A DNA stretch of 64,000 nt from Patescibacteria group bacterium (GTDB lineage Bacteria > Patescibacteriota > Microgenomatia > UBA1400 > PJMF01). Position 1 is the first letter of the stretch. The number at the start of each line of letters is the position of its first letter. Shown here one piece after another: positions 27,345 through 37,200 of the stretch. The notes beneath the pieces are model-generated. The model made no database searches and was not told the origin of the DNA. It saw only the letters and a list, made by a program, of their open reading frames with translations. Where the stretch lies: NCBI GenBank assembly GCA_049322655.1, contig JBMORP010000002.1:32923-96922 (forward strand), given 5' to 3'. Made by a program: the position numbers and the translations under genes.

Positions 27345-30323
27345 ATGAAGAAAAATTCATTAGATCATATTATTATTTCTGGTGCTAGGGAACATAATCT
27401 TAAAAATGTTTCTTTTGCTATTCCCAAAAATAAACTAGTTATTTTTACTGGTCTTTCTGGCAGCGGTAAAACCTCTTTAGCTTTTGATACTTTGTATGCT
27501 GAAGGACAACGACGCTATGTTGAGTCTCTGAGTTCTTATGCTAGGCAATTTTTGGGCATTATGCAAAAACCTCAGGTTGACCAAATTGAAGGTTTATCGC
27601 CAGCTATTTCCATTGATCAGAAGACGACTTCCCATAATCCTCGCTCTACCGTTGGTACTATTACCGAGATTTATGATTATCTCAGGCTACTATTTGCCAG
27701 AGTAGGCCACCCACACTGTCACCAATGTGGTCTAGAAATTAGCACCCAAAGTATTGACCAAATTATCAAACAAATTATTGACTTAGTTGAAAAAAAAGCA
27801 GCTAATCAACCAACTAGACTCATGATTCTTTCACCAGTTGTTCAGGCTAGAAAAGGTGAGTTTGCTGCCTTATTTACTAACCTACAAAAACAAGGCTTTA
27901 CCAGAGTCAGAATTGACGGTGAAGTCTTTGACCTGTCAGAGAATATTACTTTATTAAAAAACAATAAACATACGATTGAAGCAGTTGTTGATCGGATCAG
28001 TTTTTCTAAAAAACAATTGAATGATCACCAAGAACTAAAAACTCTCAAATCTAGACTTTCACAAACCATTGAAGAATCATTAAAACTATCAACTGGTTTG
28101 GTAATAGCCAGTTTTATTGACGACAATTCTTTATCATTTCCAGAAAAACCCAAACAGATGGAAGATCACTTATTCAGTGAAAAACTCGCCTGTAGTGATT
28201 GTGGTATTTCTTTAAAAGAACTTGAACCAAGAATGTTTTCTTTTAATTCTCCAGAAGGAGCCTGTGAAACTTGTAATGGCATTGGTTCATTACTCAGAAT
28301 TAACCCAGAAAAAATCATTGCTCCCAGCTTAACGCTGAGCGAAGGTGCCATTATTCCGTTTGCTAGAACTATGAGCAATGACACTTGGTGGTCAAGATTA
28401 GTGAAGGTAGTGGTCGAAACAGCCGGCTATGACTTCAGAAAAACTCCTTATGAAGAATTTAGTGATGAATTTAAACAAAGCTTGCTTCATGGTTCCAAAG
28501 AAATCTACAACGTGACTGGCGAAAATCGATTTGGTAAAGAAACCATGATTCAAGAGAGATTTGAGGGTTTCATTACTAATTTGGAAAGAAGGTATCAAGA
28601 AACTGACAGTGATTACATCCGTAAAGAAATTGAAGAATTCATGCACAAAGAGACTTGTCCTGCTTGTCAGGGCAACAGGTTAAAACCAGAATCTTTGGCT
28701 GTAACAATTGATCACAAAAATATTGCCGATACAACCAACTTAACTATTCAACGAGTTTTGGACTGGTGTAAATCTTTGACCGCAAGTAAAAAACTATCTA
28801 CCAAAGAAACTGAAATCAGTGGCTCGATTTTAAAAGAAATTATCACCAGATTAAGCTTCTTATCTTCTGTTGGACTTAATTATTTGTCACTTGGTAGAGA
28901 AGCTTCTACTTTGGCTGGTGGTGAGGCCCAAAGAATCAGATTGGCTTCGCAAATTGGAACTGGTCTAACTGGAGTGCTGTATATTTTAGATGAACCAACT
29001 ATTGGATTACACCCCAGAGATAATGATCGGTTAGTCGATACTTTAAAAAACCTAAGAGACCAAGGTAACAGCGTGATTGTAGTTGAACATGATCGTGATG
29101 TGATGTTATCTGCTGACTATATTTTTGATTTCGGTCCTGGAGCTGGTAAACATGGTGGAGAAGTTGTTGCTGAGGGAACACCTGAAGAACTAATGGCAGC
29201 CAAAAAATCTGTAACTGGCAAATACCTCTCCCGTAAAAAAGATGTCATTAGACCCAAGAGGGCTGAAGAAAGAAAAGTGATTGGTCTAGATGATATGCCA
29301 GTTATCAGAGGAGCTAATGGTTCGATTCAACTGCGAGGAGCATCTCATCACAACCTAAAAAACATTGATGTCGAGTTTCCACTCAATTCCTTAACTTGTA
29401 TTACTGGTATTTCTGGTTCAGGAAAATCTACTTTACTTCATGACACTCTTTACTATCAATTAATGAAACACCTAGAAAGAAAAATCGATGAAAAAGCTGG
29501 TCATGTTGAACAAGTAATGGTGCCTGATACTGTTAAACGCTTAACTTTAATTGATCAAAGTCCAATTGGTAAAACCCCCCGCTCTAATCCTGCTACTTAT
29601 ACTAAGATCTTTGACTATATTAGAAAACTTTTTGCCAATACCCAGGAAGCTCACATTCGCGGTTACAATCCAGGTAGATTTAGTTTTAATGTTAAAGGCG
29701 GCCGCTGTGAAACTTGCCAGGGGGATGGCCAAATCAAAATCGAGATGCAGTTCTTACCTGATGTTTATGTCACTTGCGATGTCTGTCATGGTCAACGCTA
29801 TAATGAAGAAACTCTCCAAGTAATTTATAAAGGCAAAAATATTTCTGAAATCTTAAAAATGAGTGTTGAAGATGCTTTGGAATTCTTTAAAAGTAATGGA
29901 ACCTTGAAACAAAAACTCCAAACTTTAATTGATGTTGGCTTGGGCTACTTAGAACTTGGCCAACCAGCTCCAACCTTGAGTGGTGGAGAATCTCAAAGGG
30001 TTAAGCTAGCCCGTGAACTAAGTTTAAAAACTAATGATCATGTGGTTTACCTATTAGATGAACCAACTACTGGGTTGCATTTTGCTGATGTGCAAAAACT
30101 ATTAAATGTTTTACATAAATTGGTTGCTCAAAACAATACCGTGATTTTGATTGAACACAATCTGGATGTCATTAAGAATGCTGATTGGTTAATTGATCTT
30201 GGTCCTGAGGGTGGAGAATATGGCGGTGAAATCATTGCCATCGGAACACCACAACAAGTAGCTAAAAATAAAAACTCATTTACTGGTAAATATTTGGCTG
30301 AAGAATTTAAAAACCAACACTAA
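27345..30323 (+). CDS. uvrA: excinuclease ABC subunit A (UvrA)
   Basis: 'IIISGAREHNLKN'. Two ABC cassettes ('GLSGSGKTSLAFD', 'GISGSGKSTLL'). Zinc-finger Cys pairs. 'LSGGEAQRIRLA' and 'LSGGESQRVKLA'. Confidence 0.9.
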   Translation: MKKNSLDHIIISGAREHNLKNVSFAIPKNKLVIFTGLSGSGKTSLAFDTLYAEGQRRYVESLSSYARQFLGIMQKPQVDQIEGLSPAISIDQKTTSHNPRSTVGTITEIYDYLRLLFARVGHPHCHQCGLEISTQSIDQIIKQIIDLVEKKAANQPTRLMILSPVVQARKGEFAALFTNLQKQGFTRVRIDGEVFDLSENITLLKNNKHTIEAVVDRISFSKKQLNDHQELKTLKSRLSQTIEESLKLSTGLVIASFIDDNSLSFPEKPKQMEDHLFSEKLACSDCGISLKELEPRMFSFNSPEGACETCNGIGSLLRINPEKIIAPSLTLSEGAIIPFARTMSNDTWWSRLVKVVVETAGYDFRKTPYEEFSDEFKQSLLHGSKEIYNVTGENRFGKETMIQERFEGFITNLERRYQETDSDYIRKEIEEFMHKETCPACQGNRLKPESLAVTIDHKNIADTTNLTIQRVLDWCKSLTASKKLSTKETEISGSILKEIITRLSFLSSVGLNYLSLGREASTLAGGEAQRIRLASQIGTGLTGVLYILDEPTIGLHPRDNDRLVDTLKNLRDQGNSVIVVEHDRDVMLSADYIFDFGPGAGKHGGEVVAEGTPEELMAAKKSVTGKYLSRKKDVIRPKRAEERKVIGLDDMPVIRGANGSIQLRGASHHNLKNIDVEFPLNSLTCITGISGSGKSTLLHDTLYYQLMKHLERKIDEKAGHVEQVMVPDTVKRLTLIDQSPIGKTPRSNPATYTKIFDYIRKLFANTQEAHIRGYNPGRFSFNVKGGRCETCQGDGQIKIEMQFLPDVYVTCDVCHGQRYNEETLQVIYKGKNISEILKMSVEDALEFFKSNGTLKQKLQTLIDVGLGYLELGQPAPTLSGGESQRVKLARELSLKTNDHVVYLLDEPTTGLHFADVQKLLNVLHKLVAQNNTVILIEHNLDVIKNADWLIDLGPEGGEYGGEIIAIGTPQQVAKNKNSFTGKYLAEEFKNQH

Positions 30324-30477
30324 CCACACCCCTTTACCCCCGTGGGTAAGTGTCTCACAGCTGGCTGACAACAAACTTAATATATAAAACAATATCTAAA
30401 TCTATCAAAAATAAAATTGATATATCAATGTTTTACTCGAGAAGATAATATTAGCAGTCACTTTTAATATCTGCTAA
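30324..30477. repeat. ~155-nt composite repeat element, copy B (inverted relative to copy A)
   Basis: GC-rich hairpin end 'cacccctttacccccgtgggtaagtgtctca', then 'attgatatatcaat', then TTAGCAGTC-N9-ATCTGCTAA. The final motif overlaps the last codons and stop of coaDE. Confidence 0.7.
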
Positions 30478-31575
30478 AAACTGTTTTAAGTCTTGAATGA
30501 CTTTTTGGTCGTTACTTTCAATCACCCACAACTGACCTTGTCCATCACGCTTAATTATTTTTGCTAGTTCTTGTTTCTTTTTAGAGAAATCATATTGACT
30601 GGCTAGGCGAGTCTTAATTTGTTCAACAGTTAAATCACGAGCTTCCAATCGTTGTCGCTGAATTTTTTCATCTGCTTTGACTAAAATTACATTATTATTT
30701 GATAAATAAGCCATATCAGACTCAGCAATTAAAGCTGCATTGAGTAAAATCAAACCTTTTTTGCCATAAAGTTCTCGTCTTAGCCTCACCAAAATCGGCG
30801 TATACATAATTTTATTCAGAGCGGCTAATTTCTCTTCGTCGTGAAATACAATCTCTCCCAATATTTTACGATTAATTGTGCCGGCTGGGTTTTTTATTTT
30901 TTCGCCAAATTCTTTAGTTAGCTGTTGACGAACTTTAGCGTAGCCAGTTTCAGTTAGCCTCTCATAGATATCATGAGCTAAGTGATCTAACTCTATGTGG
31001 TGAACTTCCAAGCCCTGTTCTTTTCCCAGTTCAACTAGTTTTTGACAAACAAAAGACTTACCCACCCCAATCTCACCCGTCACACTAACAATCATTTGCT
31101 CTGACATTTTTTTCTCCAACTTACTTTTCACCAACATTGGCACATATTCATGAATTAAACCCTGTTCTTTTTGGATTGCTTTCACTGAACTGGAACTAAT
31201 GTGAGCCAACTTCGGATCAGCAAATAATAATACGGTTTCCATGCCTAATTTTTGACTTTCACCCAATTGATTGAGGTAACGCTCATATTCAAAGTCTTTG
31301 GTGTCTCTCATTCCCTTAACAATTACTTCTGCACCTTGTTCATAAGCAAAATCAACTAATAGTCCAGTAAATGAAACTACCTTAACATTTTTTAAATGAC
31401 GAAGAGAATGACTAGCCATTTCGGTTCTAGCTTCAAGAGAAAACATGTATTTTTTATCAGGATTTACTCCAATGGCAACAATAACCTGATCAAAAACCTT
31501 GGCTGTTCGTTGAACAACATCAATATGACCATAAGTAATCGGATCACCAGAGAAAGCATAAATAGCTTTAGACAT
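30451..31575 (-). CDS. coaDE: bifunctional phosphopantetheine adenylyltransferase / dephospho-CoA kinase (CoaD-CoaE fusion)
   Basis: N-terminal 'AIYAFSGDPITYGHIDVVQRT' (CoaD HxGH-type). C-terminal 'VSVTGEIGVGKSFV' P-loop (CoaE). Confidence 0.75.
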   Translation of the reverse strand: MSKAIYAFSGDPITYGHIDVVQRTAKVFDQVIVAIGVNPDKKYMFSLEARTEMASHSLRHLKNVKVVSFTGLLVDFAYEQGAEVIVKGMRDTKDFEYERYLNQLGESQKLGMETVLLFADPKLAHISSSSVKAIQKEQGLIHEYVPMLVKSKLEKKMSEQMIVSVTGEIGVGKSFVCQKLVELGKEQGLEVHHIELDHLAHDIYERLTETGYAKVRQQLTKEFGEKIKNPAGTINRKILGEIVFHDEEKLAALNKIMYTPILVRLRRELYGKKGLILLNAALIAESDMAYLSNNNVILVKADEKIQRQRLEARDLTVEQIKTRLASQYDFSKKKQELAKIIKRDGQGQLWVIESNDQKVIQDLKQFLADIKSDC

Positions 31576-31581
31576 TGTCGC

Positions 31582-33687
31582 TTATTCTATCACCACTCTG
31601 GCATCAAGAACCTTAACCCCTTCACCTTGTGGTAAAACCAACAGTGGATTGATATCTAACTCAACAATTTCAGGAAAATCAGTTACCAATTGAGCTAACC
31701 GACCAATGCTTTCAACCAACATTTCCTTATCAGCTGGAGCTTGGCCTCTGACCCCCTCAAAAAGCTTGGCTGAGCGAAGACCATCAACCATTCTCAATGC
31801 ATCATTATGAGTTAATGGTACAAAACCAAAGTTAACATCTTTTAAGACTTCAACATAGATACCACCCAAACCAACCATCACCATCGTGCCAAGTCCAGGA
31901 GCTTTGTTTACACCCAAAATTATTTCAAGACCATTAGCCGGAGCCATTTCCATTAACAACACTCCATCTAGTTTGGCTTGAGGTTTGTTTTGGGCTACTA
32001 TTTTCATCATTTCAGTAAACTTAGCTTTAACATCTTCCAGAGTAATATTGAGCATCACTCCGCCGACATCACTCTTATGCAAAATGTCTTGAGACATAAT
32101 CTTCATCGCATATTTTTTATTTTCGCCCATCTTTTTAATGGCTAGGTAAGCCTCAACCTCGTTGACTGCTTGAGCTGTTTTTAATAATGGAAAATTATAA
32201 GCTTGTAAAATCTCGATTGCCGCTGACTCAGGAAAACTATGTTGACCATTTTGCAAAGCTTGATCAAAAATCTTTCTGACAGCTGCTTGATCAACATCCT
32301 GATACTGAAGTAGAGGAGAGCTCTTGATTTTGGCTTGATCTACAAACTGACCAAAAGTGGCTAATGACTTAGCCGCTGGCTCAGGGAAAGTGTTAGTAAC
32401 AACTCCAGCTTCTTTCATTAATTTAACTCCCGGCAAAACAGTTTCTTGTCCCATAAAACTCACCACGATTGGTTTCTTGGAACTCATCTTGGTACTAACT
32501 ACGGCTTTGGCTGTCTTGGTAATTTCAGTCATTGATTGGGGAGTAAGCAATAACAAAATTGAATCAGTATTGTTATCTTTAGCAATTAATTCCAAAGTTT
32601 GTTGATAACGTTCTCCTACGGCATCACCCAAAATATCAACTGGATTGTGAGTGCTAGCAGCATGAGGTAGGATTTCCTTGAGAGCCTCGACTGTTTTTTC
32701 TTCTAATTTGGCCATGGCCAAACCACTGGCCACAATTTCATCTGTTGTCAACACCCCAGGACCACCTGCATTAGTCACTACAGTGACATTTTTCACTTCG
32801 GTTAACTCATTCTTAGAAAAAATCTGAGCATAATCAAATAATTGGCTAATGCTATTAGCTCTGATTACTCCAGCTTGCTCAAATAAAGTTTTATAGGCAA
32901 CATCTCCGCCACTAAGCGAACCAGTGTGTGAAGCAATCGCTCCTGCCCCGGCTTCAGTTCTGCCTGATTTTAAAATAATCACTGGCTTAGGGTTATCACC
33001 TGTAGATAGCTCTTTAACTGCTTTAATAAATTCTGGAGCATTTTCTAATTGTTCTACATACATTGCTACCACTTTAGTTTGTGGATCATCAGCAAAATAT
33101 TTAATTAACTTTAATTCATTAATATCAGCTTTGTTACCAATACTCATGAACTTGGAAAATCCAATGCCCAATTCTTTGGCATAATCCAACACAGCAGTGC
33201 ATAACGCACCACTTTGAGAGACAAAAGCGACATTACCTGCCTCTGGCATTAAAGCAGCAAACGAAGCATTCATTTTAATTTCTGGATTAATAATCCCCAA
33301 ACAGTTTGGCCCGACCAATGACATTTGTCTCTCACGACAAACATCAGTTAGTTGTTTTTCCAATTCAACATTACCAATTTCTTTACAACCAGCAGAAATC
33401 ACAATCGCTGCTTGTGCCCCCTGCTCATGAGCTTCTTTCACTACACTCGTCACATAAGGGGCCGGGACTGCTATGACTGCTAAATCAATTTTTTCTGGAA
33501 CATCCTTAACTGCAGCATAAACTTTTTTGCCATAGAGGCTGTCCGCTTTTGGGTTAACTGGATAAATTTTACCTTGATAACCCTGGGTAACCAAATTTTT
33601 AACAATATCATTGCCAACAGTTTTTAGTTTTCTGGAGGCACCAATGATGGCGATAGCTTTGGGATAAAAAAGAGTTTGAAATGACAT
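31582..33687 (-). CDS. acd: acetyl-CoA synthetase (ADP-forming), fused alpha/beta
   Basis: CoA-binding 'IAIIGASRK', succinyl-CoA-ligase-like 'SQSGAL', C-terminal ATP-grasp. 701 aa. Confidence 0.8.
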   Translation of the reverse strand: MSFQTLFYPKAIAIIGASRKLKTVGNDIVKNLVTQGYQGKIYPVNPKADSLYGKKVYAAVKDVPEKIDLAVIAVPAPYVTSVVKEAHEQGAQAAIVISAGCKEIGNVELEKQLTDVCRERQMSLVGPNCLGIINPEIKMNASFAALMPEAGNVAFVSQSGALCTAVLDYAKELGIGFSKFMSIGNKADINELKLIKYFADDPQTKVVAMYVEQLENAPEFIKAVKELSTGDNPKPVIILKSGRTEAGAGAIASHTGSLSGGDVAYKTLFEQAGVIRANSISQLFDYAQIFSKNELTEVKNVTVVTNAGGPGVLTTDEIVASGLAMAKLEEKTVEALKEILPHAASTHNPVDILGDAVGERYQQTLELIAKDNNTDSILLLLTPQSMTEITKTAKAVVSTKMSSKKPIVVSFMGQETVLPGVKLMKEAGVVTNTFPEPAAKSLATFGQFVDQAKIKSSPLLQYQDVDQAAVRKIFDQALQNGQHSFPESAAIEILQAYNFPLLKTAQAVNEVEAYLAIKKMGENKKYAMKIMSQDILHKSDVGGVMLNITLEDVKAKFTEMMKIVAQNKPQAKLDGVLLMEMAPANGLEIILGVNKAPGLGTMVMVGLGGIYVEVLKDVNFGFVPLTHNDALRMVDGLRSAKLFEGVRGQAPADKEMLVESIGRLAQLVTDFPEIVELDINPLLVLPQGEGVKVLDARVVIE

Positions 33688-33704
33688 AAATTCCTTTTAA
33701 TTAA

Positions 33705-34436
33705 TTATCTAATTACTACATTGGTTAAATACTGATCAAAAATCTGTTTGGCCTGTTCAACTTGTTGTTTAGTAGCAGGTTCAACTCCTTCCAGTTTATA
33801 TGGTAACCCAAGCTCTGCATATTTATACACACCCAAGGTGTGATAAGGCAAAATCTCAACTCGTTCAATAGTTTCGAAATCCTTGAAATACTGAGCCCAT
33901 TTTTCTAAATATTCTGGTTGATCTGTCCAACCAGGCACCAACACATACCGTAACCACAGTGGTTTACCAGTCTGTTCTCGGTAGGCTGCATTCTTTAAAA
34001 CATTAGTATTGGAATGACCGGTTAATTTCTGATGCCAAGTTCCATCAATATGTTTAACATCTAGCATCACTAAATCTACTAGGTTGTAAAGTTCATTGAT
34101 TTTTTGGTTGTAAATTGCCCCACAGGTATCGAGTGTAATATGAAAGCCAGCTTCTTTAACCGCGATAAAAAGTTTTATTAGTTCTTTGGCTTGAACTGTT
34201 GGCTCACCACCAGACACAGTTAAACCACCCTGCTCGCCAAAATATGGTTTTTCTTTTTCTAAAAGTTCCAGAATTTCTTTGGTAGAAACTTGTTTAGCTT
34301 GATCACTTTTAATTAACTGAGAGTCTGGATTATGACAGTAAGCACAGGCGAAAAGACAACCCTGGATAAAAACCACCAGCCTGATACCGGGACCATCATG
34401 AGTGCCAAAAGTCTCAATCGAGTGAACTGACAACAT
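33705..34436 (-). CDS. pflA: pyruvate formate-lyase activating enzyme (glycyl-radical activase)
   Basis: Radical SAM 'CLFACAYCHNPD' and 'TVSGGEP'. Confidence 0.85.
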   Translation of the reverse strand: MLSVHSIETFGTHDGPGIRLVVFIQGCLFACAYCHNPDSQLIKSDQAKQVSTKEILELLEKEKPYFGEQGGLTVSGGEPTVQAKELIKLFIAVKEAGFHITLDTCGAIYNQKINELYNLVDLVMLDVKHIDGTWHQKLTGHSNTNVLKNAAYREQTGKPLWLRYVLVPGWTDQPEYLEKWAQYFKDFETIERVEILPYHTLGVYKYAELGLPYKLEGVEPATKQQVEQAKQIFDQYLTNVVIR

Positions 34437-34452
34437 CTATTAACCCTTCACT

Positions 34453-36681
34453 TTACATTGTCTCATGGAAAGTGCGGGCAATCACTTCTTGCTGTTGAGC
34501 TTTACTCAACCTAATAAAGTTAACAGCATAACCAGAAACACGAATAGTTAATTGAGGGTGGTCTTCTGGATGTTCCATCGCATCTAGTAGGGTATCTCTA
34601 TTCAACACATTAACATTCAGGTGATGAGCATTTTTATTGAAATAACCATCCAACATACTAACCAAGTTCTGTGTTTGTTCCTCTTTAGAACTTCCTAAAG
34701 ACTTAGGCACCATTGAAAAAGTATTAGAAATTCCATCTCTGGCATCAGCATAATTAAGTTTTGCTACTGAGTTGAGAGAGGCAATTGCTCCAGAACTATC
34801 CCGACCATGCATTGGATTAGCACCTGGAGCAAAGGCTTCACCTTTTTTTCTACCATCTGGGGTAGCTCCAGTTTTCTTGCCATAAACCACATTAGAAGTA
34901 ATAGTGAGTACCGAGAGGGTCGGAGTAGCATCTCGATAAATATGGTGTTGGCTAAGTTCATGATTAAAATCATGAACTAAAGCTTGGGCCAGTTGGTCGA
35001 CTTGATCATTATCATTACCAAATTTAGGAAAGTCACCCTCAATCGTAAAACCAGTGGTTAAACCATTGTCATCACGTTCGGCTGTCACTTTGGCAAATTT
35101 AATTGCAGCTAAAGAATCAGCCGCTACACTTAAACCAGCCATCCCAAAAGCCATATTGCGTTTAATCTTGCTGTCCATAAAAGCTAACTGAGCTCGCTCA
35201 TAGTAGTACTTGTCATGCATGTAATGAATCACATTCATGGTACTGACATATTGCTCGGCAACATAACTGATGGTTTGTGCAAAACGTTTTTTGACTTCTT
35301 GATAGTTTAAAGGTCCTGCTGGTAACGGCTCAATTCCGGGTACAATCTCAATGCCAGTCAACTCATCTTTCCCTTCATTCAAAGCCAATAACAATGTTTT
35401 AGCAATATTGCAGCGAGCCCCAAAAAACTGCATTTCTTTCCCTGTTTCCATCATCGAAACACAACAAGCAATACAGTAGTCATCACAGTCACCAACTTGA
35501 CTCATCAGTTGGTCATTTTCATATTGTAGAGAAGACGTATCGATTGAAACCTGTGCAGCAAATTCTTTAAAGCCTGATGGTAATTGATCAGACCACAAAA
35601 TCGTTAAATTAGGTTCTGGAGCAGGACCTAAGTTATATAAAGTCTGTAAAAACCGAAAACTAGTTTTAGTAATTTTATGCTGACCATCTTGCCAAAGACC
35701 ACCAATCACTTCTGTCACCCAAGTAGGATCTCCAGCAAACAATTGGTTATACTCGCTCATTCTGAGATGTCTGACTAATCTAAGTTTTAGTACAAATTGA
35801 TCTACTAATTCTTGAGCTTCTTTCTCGGTCAAACTGCCATCAGTTAAGTCTTTTTCAAAATAAACATCAAAGAAATTACTAACATTACCTAAACTCATAG
35901 CAGCACCATCTTGTTCCTTAACCGCTGCTAAGTAAGCAAAATAAGTCCATTGCACCGCTTCTCTAGCATTACTTGCTGGGCGGCCAACATCAAAACCATA
36001 AGCTTGAGCCATTTCACCAATTAACTGGAGAGCTTTTATCTGTTCACTGATTTCTTCTCTTAATCTAATAAGCTCATCAGTCATTACTCCAGTAAGTTGG
36101 TTAAGATCAGTTTGTTTGGCTTCAATTAATCGATCTAGACCATACAGAGCCAAGCGACGATAGTCACCAATGATTCTGCCTCTGGCATAATTGTCTGGAA
36201 GGCCAGTAATTAGCCCAGACTTTCTTAGTTTACGCATTTCCTCTGTATAGGCATCAAACACACCATCATTATGAGTCTTTCTATATTTACTACACAGTTC
36301 AACTACTTGTTTATCAAGTTCATAGCCATTTTCTTCACAAGCTTTTTTAACTACCCGCCAGCCACCAAAAGGCTTAATGCTTCTTTTCAGCGGCTGGTCT
36401 GTCTGAAATCCAACCACTGTTTCCAAATGTTTATCAATATATCCTGGTTGATGACTAGTAATTGTAGAAATAGTTTTAGTATCAATATCCAAAACTCCAC
36501 CATTTTTTATTTCTTTAGTTAAAAGCTTTTTGGCTTTTTCCCATAATTGTTTGGTTTTCTGACTGGGGCCCACTAAAAATGAGCTGTCACCATCATAGGC
36601 AGTAATATTAGTGTAAATAAAATCACGAACATTAATTTCAGCTTGCCAACGATTCATCTTAAAGGAAGTTTTACCAGTCAT
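34453..36681 (-). CDS. pflB: pyruvate formate-lyase (glycyl radical enzyme)
   Basis: C-terminal glycyl radical motif 'RVSGYAVNF'. Active-site 'CCVS'. 742 aa. Confidence 0.9.
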   Translation of the reverse strand: MTGKTSFKMNRWQAEINVRDFIYTNITAYDGDSSFLVGPSQKTKQLWEKAKKLLTKEIKNGGVLDIDTKTISTITSHQPGYIDKHLETVVGFQTDQPLKRSIKPFGGWRVVKKACEENGYELDKQVVELCSKYRKTHNDGVFDAYTEEMRKLRKSGLITGLPDNYARGRIIGDYRRLALYGLDRLIEAKQTDLNQLTGVMTDELIRLREEISEQIKALQLIGEMAQAYGFDVGRPASNAREAVQWTYFAYLAAVKEQDGAAMSLGNVSNFFDVYFEKDLTDGSLTEKEAQELVDQFVLKLRLVRHLRMSEYNQLFAGDPTWVTEVIGGLWQDGQHKITKTSFRFLQTLYNLGPAPEPNLTILWSDQLPSGFKEFAAQVSIDTSSLQYENDQLMSQVGDCDDYCIACCVSMMETGKEMQFFGARCNIAKTLLLALNEGKDELTGIEIVPGIEPLPAGPLNYQEVKKRFAQTISYVAEQYVSTMNVIHYMHDKYYYERAQLAFMDSKIKRNMAFGMAGLSVAADSLAAIKFAKVTAERDDNGLTTGFTIEGDFPKFGNDNDQVDQLAQALVHDFNHELSQHHIYRDATPTLSVLTITSNVVYGKKTGATPDGRKKGEAFAPGANPMHGRDSSGAIASLNSVAKLNYADARDGISNTFSMVPKSLGSSKEEQTQNLVSMLDGYFNKNAHHLNVNVLNRDTLLDAMEHPEDHPQLTIRVSGYAVNFIRLSKAQQQEVIARTFHETM

Positions 36682-36730
36682 ATTTATCCTTAATCTATTA
36701 ATTAATAGTGATCATACTTTTTCAAAAAAA

Positions 36731-36746
36731 TGTAATTTATCTTACA
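36731..36746. promoter_or_regulatory. CRP/FNR-family-like palindrome TGTAA-N6-TTACA upstream of pflB
   Basis: Perfect 5-6-5 inverted repeat, ~50-65 nt upstream of the pflB start. Confidence 0.4.
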
Positions 36747-36796
36747 TTTTTAAAAAGAAAATTATACAACAAATCTTTAGAGAAAAAAATTAAAAT

Positions 36797-37183
36797 CTAC
36801 CACAATTTTTGCTGAACCATAAAACAAGCCTGGCTGATGACTGTTAAACCATGTTGCTGAGCTAACTCAACTGCATCTTGAGATTCTGATCCCGGCTGCA
36901 TCCAAATTGTTTCAAGACCAAGTTCCAAACAGACTTTCACTACCTCTAGGGTTGCTTTTGGAGGGACAACTGTTATAACTAAATCTGGTTTGGGCTTGAT
37001 CTCTTTTAGAGAAACAAATAGTGGCTGACCAGCAACCACCCCACCTTTGGGGTTAACCCCAACTACATTATAATCAGCCGCTACTAAATCTTTAAAGATT
37101 TTGGCACCATATTTTTGTGGATCATGAGAAACACCCACTACCGCTATCTTAGTTTGTTTAGTCAGATTCATAGTTAAAATCAT
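36797..37183 (-). CDS. CoA-binding domain protein (YccU-like)
   Basis: 'IAVVGVSHDPQKYGAKIF', 128 aa. Confidence 0.6.
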   Translation of the reverse strand: MILTMNLTKQTKIAVVGVSHDPQKYGAKIFKDLVAADYNVVGVNPKGGVVAGQPLFVSLKEIKPKPDLVITVVPPKATLEVVKVCLELGLETIWMQPGSESQDAVELAQQHGLTVISQACFMVQQKLW

Positions 37184-37200
37184 ACTGACTTAAAGATAAA

